IMG/VR virus record: IMGVR_UViG_3300013114_000124 | Coordinates: 1 to 54,403 of that record | Reading direction: 5' to 3' (one strand) | DNA length: 54,403 nt | Source: a virus | Taxonomy: Duplodnaviria; Caudoviricetes | Shown: one piece after another, positions 1 through 7,010 of the stretch | How the letters are laid out: each line of letters starts with the position of its first letter | Numbering within the stretch: the first letter of the stretch is position 1 | Program-made: the position numbers and the translations under genes | The notes under the pieces: model-generated | Databases searched by the model: none | The model's input: the letters and a program-made list of their open reading frames with translations, nothing else | Told to the model about the DNA's origin: nothing

Positions 1-61
1 CGTGGTCTACTCGGTTCTTGTTTCCGTTTGCGTCTGTCCAAACTTGATTAAAATATCCCAT
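1..61 (-). CDS. Hypothetical protein, 5' part only (MGYFNQVWTDANGNKNRVDH...), runs off the window
   Basis: ATG at 61-59 after an A-rich leader, about 30 nt downstream of the tRNA-like element; frame open to the window edge. Confidence 0.55.
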   Translation of the reverse strand, partial: MGYFNQVWTDANGNKNRVDH

Positions 62-90
62 TTTCTATTTGATTTTAAGGGTTAAACTTG

Positions 91-170
91 TACCCGCAGT
101 GTGATTCGAACACACGTCTAAACATCTGTGTATCATAGATGAATTGTCCTAACCTCTAGACGATGCGGGC
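91..170 (-). ncRNA. tRNA-like RNA 1 (80 nt, aberrant 25-nt anticodon region)
   Basis: GCCCGCA/TGCGGGT acceptor stem; D arm GTCTAGAGGTTAGGAC (tRNA-Glu-like); T arm GTGTG-TTCGAAT-CACAC; variable loop AGAC; anticodon region ATTCATCTATGATACACAGATGTTT; followed by CAA, not CCA. Confidence 0.8.
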
Positions 171-183
171 GCACTTTAATTAT

Positions 184-579
184 TTATATTAAGCTATTAC
201 GTAGCTTATCTATAAACGATTCAACCTCATTGGATTGTTTTTCTATTTCGTCACTCCATACCTTTGCTAGATGAATAGAAAGGATTTGATTTTCTTTTAA
301 AACACGTTCTTTTGTCCAAATATTTTCAGTACCAAACCAAACAGTGTCCCATCCTACTACCCACATGTCCTCCATGTCTGCAACCTCTTCCCATCCTATA
401 ATATCGTCTGAGTTTTTAGAGAATGTAAGATTAACATGAGCATGGTGTTCTAACTTCTTATTTATCTCACCATATCCTAAACCGAAGTACGGATGTCTTC
501 TTGGTAGTGCAACATATCCGTTTCCCCAACCTCCTAACCCTTGTGGAGTCCAAGTGTTTTCTTTTAAAAATGCTTTCAT
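184..579 (-). CDS. Conserved phage hypothetical protein (GWGNGYV-x-LP-xx-HP...LTFS...W-x-xGWD type)
   Basis: ORF track 184..615; ATG at 579 preferred because it has an AT-rich leader and avoids overlap with the upstream gene. Confidence 0.75.
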   Translation of the reverse strand: MKAFLKENTWTPQGLGGWGNGYVALPRRHPYFGLGYGEINKKLEHHAHVNLTFSKNSDDIIGWEEVADMEDMWVVGWDTVWFGTENIWTKERVLKENQILSIHLAKVWSDEIEKQSNEVESFIDKLRNSLI

Positions 580-602
580 GATATTTATATTAAATTTGTT
601 TA

Positions 603-845
603 TTATCTCAGCCATCTGTTCAATTTTAAAGCTATTTTATATCTTAAAGTATTGCCGTGTTTTGCACGATTGATAGTGAACGCTATCTTATAGATTTGAT
701 AACCCACGACCATAGCAGTTAAGCCTACAGTTTTAGCTACTACAAATGTTTGTAGGTTAAAGCCACTAGTTTGTTCTGCTAACACTAAGCATAGCCCTGC
801 CATTATAAGCAAAGCTGATATGCTAAAAGTTAATATGTGTCTCAT
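603..845 (-). CDS. Small membrane protein (two hydrophobic segments)
   Basis: ORF with two hydrophobic helices, packed tightly in the leftward unit. Confidence 0.7.
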   Translation of the reverse strand: MRHILTFSISALLIMAGLCLVLAEQTSGFNLQTFVVAKTVGLTAMVVGYQIYKIAFTINRAKHGNTLRYKIALKLNRWLR

Positions 846-847
846 GA

Positions 848-1000
848 TTATATTAGTTTTAATTGCCTTTGCATTTCTTTATAGCGCATAATATCCCACG
901 CTTTTTTATAGCCTATGTTATGTAATTGCATTAATTTATGCACCATTTTTTCTTCGATAGACTGCACTCGCATACGTCTACGTTTTGGTTTATTTGCCAT
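848..1000 (-). CDS. Small basic hypothetical protein, 50 aa (MANKPKRRRMRVQSIEEKMVHKLMQLHNIGYKKAWDIMRYKEMQRQLKLI)
   Basis: Translated by hand; A-rich leader; stop lies 2 nt before the next ATG; below the ORF-track size cutoff. Confidence 0.7.
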   Translation of the reverse strand: MANKPKRRRMRVQSIEEKMVHKLMQLHNIGYKKAWDIMRYKEMQRQLKLI

Positions 1001-1023
1001 TTTTATTTAATTTAATTGATTTG

Positions 1024-1103
1024 CACCCATAGACAGATTCGAACTGCCGTCTATACACCGCGACGATTTTAGTGTATTGTCCTAGCCACTAGACGATATG
1101 GGC
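1024..1103 (-). ncRNA. tRNA-like RNA 2 (80 nt, 7-bp anticodon stem with 11-nt loop)
   Basis: GCCCATA/TATGGGT acceptor; D arm GTCTAGTGGCTAGGAC; ATACACT-AAAATCGTCGC-GGTGTAT arm; AGAC; T arm GGCAG-TTCGAAT-CTGTC; followed by CAA. Confidence 0.8.
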
Positions 1104-1110
1104 ATGATAT

Positions 1111-1140
1111 AAAAAGCCCTACACTTTTACATGTAGGGCT
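1111..1140 (-). terminator. Intrinsic terminator after the Rho_N-domain gene
   Basis: Minus strand AGCCCTACA-TGTAAAAG-TGTAGGGCT followed by a T run. Confidence 0.75.
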
Positions 1141-1170
1141 GTGAGGGATATGGATTGAGGCAAAAAAGGT

Positions 1171-1593
1171 TTATGCCGTTACTAAAGCTATTAATTCAGC
1201 TTTTTTCATCTTTGAAAATTTGGTTTTACCTTGTTTTTTAGCTACCTCTTTAAGCTGCGCTACGTTCATCTTCTCAATTGGAGTTAATGTAGGTGCAGTA
1301 TCAGATAAATTCGCAGCGCTTTTAATAGCCTTGTGTATTGCTTGTAACACAAAGAATGGGCTGTAATTTCCTGCCTTTGAAACTCGCACGTTCTCCTTGA
1401 ATGTAGCGTAAACATCGTTGTTTTCTCTAATCTCACTCAATATTTGAATGTATTGCGTGCTAAGCTCTATTTCATCTCTAAAAAGCCACAGTATTTTTAC
1501 TGCACCTCCTAATGATTTGCACTCTCGTTTTAACGCCTTGTTAGTGTTTAAAACGTTCATTTTGTAAGCTGAAATTTTGTTTGATTTTGCCAT
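1171..1593 (-). CDS. Protein with a C-terminal Rho N-terminal-like (HeH/SAP-like) nucleic-acid-binding domain
   Basis: C-terminal IEKMNVAQLKEVAKKQGKTKFSKMKKAELIALV fits the L..M.V.QLK..AK..G....S.M.K.ELI pattern. Confidence 0.75.
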   Translation of the reverse strand: MAKSNKISAYKMNVLNTNKALKRECKSLGGAVKILWLFRDEIELSTQYIQILSEIRENNDVYATFKENVRVSKAGNYSPFFVLQAIHKAIKSAANLSDTAPTLTPIEKMNVAQLKEVAKKQGKTKFSKMKKAELIALVTA

Positions 1594-1637
1594 AATTTAA
1601 AAATTTAATTATTGTTTATTGATTTTAATTAATAGAT

Positions 1638-2337
1638 GCCCATGACAATATGCACTACGTGTCATGGGCTATTGATATGTACCACTTTTGTGGATTTCAC
1701 GCACTGGTTTACTGCGCTTATGTAAATATATGTATACGGATTTATTCCGTTGGTGTAACTTAATAAAATGTTGGGTTTTTTTGAGCCTTGAAATATACAC
1801 GTTAGTACCACAGCTATTTTATTGTACTTTTGATAACTCATTACCTAGAGATAAAACCCGTCTGAAAAATGTTGGCGTATCGCTGACTAATGTATATGCA
1901 GGTTAGTTTCATACCTTTCCTGCCAACCACTCGAATAATCACGCTAGGGTATTTTACTCCCATTGTCACGCAGTGGCAACCTTTTTACACCTTTACGGTG
2001 CCCTATATGCGTTCACGCTTCTCACGCCCAACTGATAGGTTTTAATTCGTTTCAGTAAGGATTCTACTCACTTTGCGCTATAATAGTAGTTTAACGTGAC
2101 TAAACTCGCCATACGATTCACCCAATGCGCTGCACTCCTAATGCTTGACCATACCTGTGCTTACAGGGCATTTCACCCTTATTATATGCTTACACCTTTG
2201 TGCTTAGCATACCTGCTGAATTGCAGTACACGTGTAGAATTGCCATTCTACCATGGCGCCATTGTGGCTCCAAAACTACTTCGCTACCTAGTAACAAAGT
2301 TTTAAAATCATGTTGAAATCGTTATTTCGTTTCAACA
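1638..2337 (-). ncRNA. Candidate long structured RNA or leader (~700 nt)
   Basis: No minus-strand ORF in the track; lies downstream of a TATGTTTG promoter; multiple hairpins, with terminal stems at 2311-2337 and 1638-1669. Confidence 0.5.
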
Positions 2338-2340
2338 GTA

Positions 2341-2372
2341 CAAACATACGTGGCATTTTTGACATAGTAAAA
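2341..2372 (-). promoter_or_regulatory. Bacteroidota sigma70-type promoter driving the leftward unit
   Basis: -7 box TATGTTTG (complement of 2341-2348); TTTTA about 20 nt upstream as a -33-like box. Confidence 0.7.
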
Positions 2373-3671
2373 TCCTGATAATCAAGCAGTTAGAAATTAA
2401 AGTGTTGATAATCAGACAGTTAGCTAAGTAGCTGAGTATCAAGGACTTAAGCAAAATGCCTTCTCGGTTAAAGCGCTGAGTATCAGGTAGTTAGCTTGTT
2501 TGTAATCGCCGTTTTTCCCAAACTGAAAACCTAGAGTAAAAAAAATTCAAAAAAAATTAAAAAGGGCTTATAAGTAACTGATATTCAAGTAGTTACAAGC
2601 AAAAAAAATTTTAAAATTAGCTTTAAAGTTAAAAGGTTGATAATCAAGCAGTTATAAAATCGAGTTTGTAAGTAGCTGAGTATCAATAAGTTATAAATTT
2701 AAAAAATTACGTTTGTAAGTATCTGAGAATCAAGTAGTTAGAGTAAGTAGTTGATAATGAGGCAGTTACGTTAAAGTGTTGATACTCAAGTAGTTAGGCT
2801 ATAAGCACGTAAAAAGTTAAAGTGCTGAAAATCAGGTAGTTAAGTTTTGGCTAGGTAGAAGTTAAGCTAAAGTACTGAGTATCAGCAGGTTATGTTTAAA
2901 TGGTGTTTGTAAGTAGCTGAGGTTCAGGCAATTACGATTCTGGCTCATAAGGTAGATTAAAGGTAAAACGTTGATAATGAGGCAGTTACGGCTAAGTAGC
3001 TGAGTATCAGGCGCTTACACCGGCACCGAGAATTAAATAGTCGTAACTATCTGAAAGTCAGGCAATTAGGCGTAACTATCTGAGAATCAGGCGCTTACAC
3101 TGGCACCGAGACTTAAATAGGCGTAACTATCTGAGTATCAGGCGCTTACACCGGCAAGCATATTTAAGTAGTTGTAACTATCTGAGAATCAGGTAATTAG
3201 ACGTAACTAATTGATAATGAGGCAGTTAGATTAACTCTTAAAGTATATGGAATTCGCGCGCGCGTAAAGAGCGTAACTATCTGAGAATGAAGCAGTTAGA
3301 CGTAACTAATTGATAATGAGGCAGTTACGGTAGAGTGGGTGAATTGAGTGGGTAAATAATTGATAATGAGGCAGTTACGGGTAAGTGTTTGATAGTCAAA
3401 TGATTAGAGTATAAGTAGTTAATAGTAATATATAAGCCTGAGTATCAAGCAGTTAGAATAAAAAACCTACAATACATAACTGTTAAGCGCCTGATTGTCA
3501 AGGTGTTAAGTTTGTTAAGCTAGTGTTTAACAGATTTTACAGATACATTAGACAAAAGATGTAACTATCTGAGTATCAGCGATTTAGACTAGTGTTTTAG
3601 GGCATTTCAATAAATAAGTTATTAAAAAAGTCAAAAAATTTGCTCGTAAAAGCCTGAAAATCAAGCCCGTA
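2368..3671. repeat. Array of about 28 palindromic 25-bp sites, consensus TAA-N5-TGA-N3-TCA-N5-TTA
   Basis: Counted by eye, e.g. TAAGTAGCTGAGTATCAAGGACTTA, TAACTATCTGAGAATCAGGCGCTTA, TAACTAATTGATAATGAGGCAGTTA; no ORFs in the region. Confidence 0.9.
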
Positions 3672-3788
3672 CGCCTAAAAAAATCGGTTTTCCTTTTCAA
3701 AAAATTCCCGTTCCATTTATGTAATACCTTTGTACCTAGTCCGTCCTCAATAATTTCAAATTGGCTTGCATATGTGGAAAATATTTCG

Positions 3789-3796
3789 TATATTGC
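3789..3796 (+). promoter_or_regulatory. -7 box of the first rightward promoter
   Basis: TATATTGC, with TTGC about 20 nt upstream. Confidence 0.6.
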
Positions 3797-3835
3797 AAAG
3801 ACAGGAAAGTTACAACTAATTAAAATTACCGTAAA

Positions 3836-3997
3836 ATGGGCGTTAAAACACCAAAAAATGAGAAAAATACAGAGGTTTCGGCATACCCGTGCTTTACTGA
3901 GGAAGCTATAACTATCACTACTTCCTTCAAAGTACCCGTACCCGTTACATACAGGGTTGCTACGCCTCGCAAAATAAATAAAAGTGACGACAACTAA
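3836..3997 (+). CDS. Hypothetical protein, 53 aa (MGVKTPKNEKNTEVSAYPCF...)
   Basis: Translated by hand; first ORF after the promoter at 3789. Confidence 0.4.
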   Translation: MGVKTPKNEKNTEVSAYPCFTEEAITITTSFKVPVPVTYRVATPRKINKSDDN

Positions 3998-4025
3998 GTT
4001 TCAAATAATTTAAAGCCAAATAAGG

Positions 4026-4373
4026 GTGAAAACACAAAAAGAGACAGAGCAGAAAATAAATCACGGCCTAAGTAATGAATTATACACATTGTTGTGCGCC
4101 GTTGATTTTAAGCCGAAGTCAATGGCTTTTTATAATAGTAGACAAAAACCTAATGGAAGTTGGGATAACTTTTTAGACCACGTTGACTGTATGCAAAAGT
4201 GCGTTAAAAACCATATGGGCGGAAACTATGGATTAGCTGACGAATATCTAATAGTAAAGCACGATGGGATATTTAATTTTCGATACTTTGGCGACTCTTC
4301 TGCTAAAATAGAAAAGATTGCAGAAGCAGATAAGGAAAGTGTTTTACAGTATTGTGTACTAAAATCGTTGTAA
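4026..4373 (+). CDS. Hypothetical protein
   Basis: ORF track; GTG start; fills the space in the rightward unit. Confidence 0.6.
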   Translation: MKTQKETEQKINHGLSNELYTLLCAVDFKPKSMAFYNSRQKPNGSWDNFLDHVDCMQKCVKNHMGGNYGLADEYLIVKHDGIFNFRYFGDSSAKIEKIAEADKESVLQYCVLKSL

Positions 4374-4397
4374 TTTAATTATAAAAACAAAGTAAAA

Positions 4398-4565
4398 ATG
4401 GAAGATTTAAAAGTATTAGCCACAGCGCTAAATGACGCTACTAAAAAAGGGGCCTTCAATCTTGATGAAGCAGTAGCGATTTCTCAATCAATTAACAATT
4501 TAGTTAAGGCGTTGAAAAATTGTGAAAAATGCAAGCCTTGCGACTCAAATTGTGAAAAAGAATAG
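4398..4565 (+). CDS. Small helical hypothetical protein, 55 aa, with Cys-rich tail (MEDLKVLATALNDATKKGAFNLDEAVAISQSINNLV...)
   Basis: Translated by hand; A-rich leader AAAAACAAAGTAAAAATG. Confidence 0.7.
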   Translation: MEDLKVLATALNDATKKGAFNLDEAVAISQSINNLVKALKNCEKCKPCDSNCEKE

Positions 4566-4697
4566 CACTTTGTCGGATAAATTGACATGTTTTTAAATAA
4601 AACTATGGTTTTTCCGTAAAATTATTGTATTTGTTTTATGTTTATATTTGTACTGTTGTATTAAAATGATTATAATATAGCGTAAGCAATCGAAACT

Positions 4698-4726
4698 AGC
4701 CTACCTCTTTCGGGGTAGGTTTTTTT
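4698..4726 (+). terminator. Intrinsic terminator
   Basis: CCTACCTC-TTTCG-GGGTAGG hairpin followed by a T run. Confidence 0.8.
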
Positions 4727-4787
4727 ATGCTCCAATTTTTCTTATATTGTTACCCTAAAACGTTTTAATAATTAAAATCATAGTATT

Positions 4788-5117
4788 ATGGCAAAGAATG
4801 GGCCCGTTAAAAAGGGGAAAAAGAAGACCCACGTAGTAAAGGGTAAAAAGAATACTACATTGGTCACGAGTAAGTCTGTATCGGACGCTAAGAGTAAATC
4901 AGGAGTTTTTAAAAGTAGGCCTGCGTATAAAGGTAAGGAATCTAAATCAGGAGTCACAACTCACGACGGTACTTTTCATAAAGTGACTGGCCCTGTATCA
5001 AGAAGAGCTGCTAGAAAAGTCTTAGCTAAAGACAAAGCTCTATACGGAGCAAGCTCTGCGGCTCATAGTGCAAGAACTAATAGGTTCGCGACTGCAAAAA
5101 GAAGAAAAAGTAAATAA
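4788..5117 (+). CDS. Highly basic Lys/Arg-rich protein (histone-like, possibly DNA-condensing)
   Basis: Very K/R-rich; own promoter box (TATATTGT at 4743) and terminator. Confidence 0.7.
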   Translation: MAKNGPVKKGKKKTHVVKGKKNTTLVTSKSVSDAKSKSGVFKSRPAYKGKESKSGVTTHDGTFHKVTGPVSRRAARKVLAKDKALYGASSAAHSARTNRFATAKRRKSK

Positions 5118-5150
5118 TATAGAAAGGAGACTACAAATATATCTTAGAAG

Positions 5151-5177
5151 AGGCCTACTTAATAGTAGGTCTTTTTT
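5151..5177 (+). terminator. Intrinsic terminator
   Basis: AGGCCTACT-TAAT-AGTAGGTCT followed by a T run. Confidence 0.75.
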
Positions 5178-5860
5178 ATTACGCCCCCTCTAACAAAAGC
5201 CTACCTTAGAAAAAAGCCGCGCGCGCCGCTAATAAACTGATAGAGGGATTACAATTTTTTTATAGGTACAAATAAAGCTCTCCAAGGTAAAGCGTACTTA
5301 TTTATATAAAGTTACAATTAAATATAGGGGGGCATAGATATGTAGCTTTAAAAAACGCAAGGAGTTTACCTGCTCCCGCCGAGACTGAGTTTAAGCTTAC
5401 AGTTACAGTACGCTTTATCATGCTCCGAAGCCGCAAGGCATCACTTGCACTCTCACTGGCGTTCGTTCACAAGTGAATCAAACTAAAATTTTTGTTTTTT
5501 GTTAGCGAGGAATCGTAACTTTGTGGGTGCAGTACCTAGAGGGAGGCCGAACCTAAAAGGGTACTTATTAGTAGCGCTTAAAAAAGAAATACTATAATTT
5601 TCGCGTCCCTTAAAAAAACATTAGATTTAAAAATTGTGACGGCTAAGTCACTGATTAGCTAAAAACACTCGTAAGACCGTTATTCACACGGACGCATTAT
5701 TAATCAATTGAAATCTAAAAAGAATGTGAGACGTGTCAAAGGAGATTTAAGTTGCCTGAACCAAGTGCCTTACGATTATGACACAAGTTTAGAAACTTTT
5801 TACGTAGATTTTCGACTACTGATACTGCAATATACAAAAAATATTTCATATATCCAAATC

Positions 5861-5896
5861 GCAACAAAAAATACCTAATCGTCGCGGTATACTTGC
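5861..5896 (-). ncRNA. Candidate mini hairpin RNA (ATACC-GCGACGATTA-GGTAT then U-tract)
   Basis: Directly downstream of a minus-strand TATATTTG box (5901-5908); loop complementary to the loop of tRNA-like RNA 2. Confidence 0.45.
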
Positions 5897-6028
5897 ACTA
5901 CAAATATAAGGATTATTTTAACACTGTATTTTTACGCCCAAAGCCTTATTGCAACTGAGTGTTAATAACTTTTCTTATGCTCGCATAGTACTAAAAAAAG
6001 CGTAAAGAAAAAAGTCTTATATTGCACC

Positions 6029-6592
6029 ATGAAAAGATTTGCTTACGTTTTTTCAATAGTGTTTATTTTATTTGTTAATTTAAAGGGGAGCTCGGCTTAC
6101 ATATCCAAATCACCAATTACTCATTCAGCCTCTCCCCTTTATTTTTTAGACACTTCTGACGCGTCCTCTGTAAAAGTTGACAAACCCTTAATGCCTTACT
6201 ACGTATCATTCCTAAATTATATAGAAGATAACGACATAAAGTCTGAATATTTAGCTAGGAAGCTAGATGATATAGTGCTTTACCCTTTAGAGGACGGGTT
6301 ATACGGCCTTTACTCACCTGAAAATAGACAAATAGTGATAAACTCAAAGTATTTATACAGCGCTACTATATTAAGGAAGGTAATGTTCCACGAATTAGGA
6401 CATGTATACGGACTTAATCACTCAGAAAGCGGTATAATGCAAACTTATCAGACACCCTTAGATATATACGCATCTTACTTTACAGGAGAAGAGTACGACC
6501 CCTCCATATGGGAACTGCACAAAGCTAAAATGGCTCAAGACATAAAAAAGTCTTTTGTTTACGTTATTAGCAGAGAAAATTTGCTAGATTAA
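6029..6592 (+). CDS. Secreted or membrane-anchored zinc metallopeptidase (metzincin, matrixin-like)
   Basis: N-terminal signal peptide; HELGHVYGLNH fits HExxHxxGxxH; Met-turn SGIM. Confidence 0.8.
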   Translation: MKRFAYVFSIVFILFVNLKGSSAYISKSPITHSASPLYFLDTSDASSVKVDKPLMPYYVSFLNYIEDNDIKSEYLARKLDDIVLYPLEDGLYGLYSPENRQIVINSKYLYSATILRKVMFHELGHVYGLNHSESGIMQTYQTPLDIYASYFTGEEYDPSIWELHKAKMAQDIKKSFVYVISRENLLD

Positions 6593-6615
6593 AAAATAAT
6601 TTGTATATTAGAGGT

Positions 6616-6978
6616 ATGAAACAGACAATATCATACCTAGAGACAATAAAGTTACCTCACAACGGAGAACTTACCAAAACGCTTACTAAAATCGAAGGAC
6701 TTATTCACTCAGAGGAAGATTTATCCAAAGAGGGTATAGGAATCTCTAAAATCTACACCATAGAGAATGAAGACGGTATTTTCAGGCTTACTATTTATTC
6801 TGATGGCTACGGAACCTTAGCTAATGTTAAATCAGGCCCGGAGCAACAGAAAATGTGTTTAGCAGAAAGAATTTTGAAGCTCGACAAAGATATTTTCCAA
6901 ATGAAGCTTAAAATTAGAGACTTAATCTTCGAGAGAGATTTTTACAAAGAGGAAGCAATGAAAAAGCAGCCCAAGTAG
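6616..6978 (+). CDS. Hypothetical protein with C-terminal coiled coil
   Basis: ORF track 6601..6978; ATG at 6616 preferred, right after a TATATTAG box. Confidence 0.7.
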   Translation: MKQTISYLETIKLPHNGELTKTLTKIEGLIHSEEDLSKEGIGISKIYTIENEDGIFRLTIYSDGYGTLANVKSGPEQQKMCLAERILKLDKDIFQMKLKIRDLIFERDFYKEEAMKKQPK

Positions 6979-6986
6979 GCTGCTTT
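6963..6986. terminator. Hairpin terminator between convergent genes
   Basis: AAAGCAGCC-CAAGTA-GGCTGCTTT. Confidence 0.65.
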
Positions 6987-7010
6987 GTTGTAAAGTTACT
7001 AAATGAATTA

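Noticed and set aside
91-1103. Functional decoding or suppressor tRNAs
   Set aside because: Anticodon regions are 25 nt with no canonical 7-nt loop. The 8-nt intron reading works for RNA 2 only. ORFs read normally in the standard code, so there is no sign of stop-codon reassignment
1688-2305. Plus-strand ORFs 1688..1906 and 2096..2305
   Set aside because: TTG/GTG starts, atypical composition, and antisense to the leftward promoter; probably spurious
2368-3671. CRISPR array
   Set aside because: Repeats are degenerate internally, spacing is irregular (a few nt to about 75 nt), the spacers are themselves repetitive, and no cas operon is present
5777-5785. Partner sequence for the loop of tRNA-like RNA 1 (minus-strand TGTGTCATA)
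   Set aside because: Only 9 bp with a 2-nt bulge in AT-rich sequence; compatible with chance
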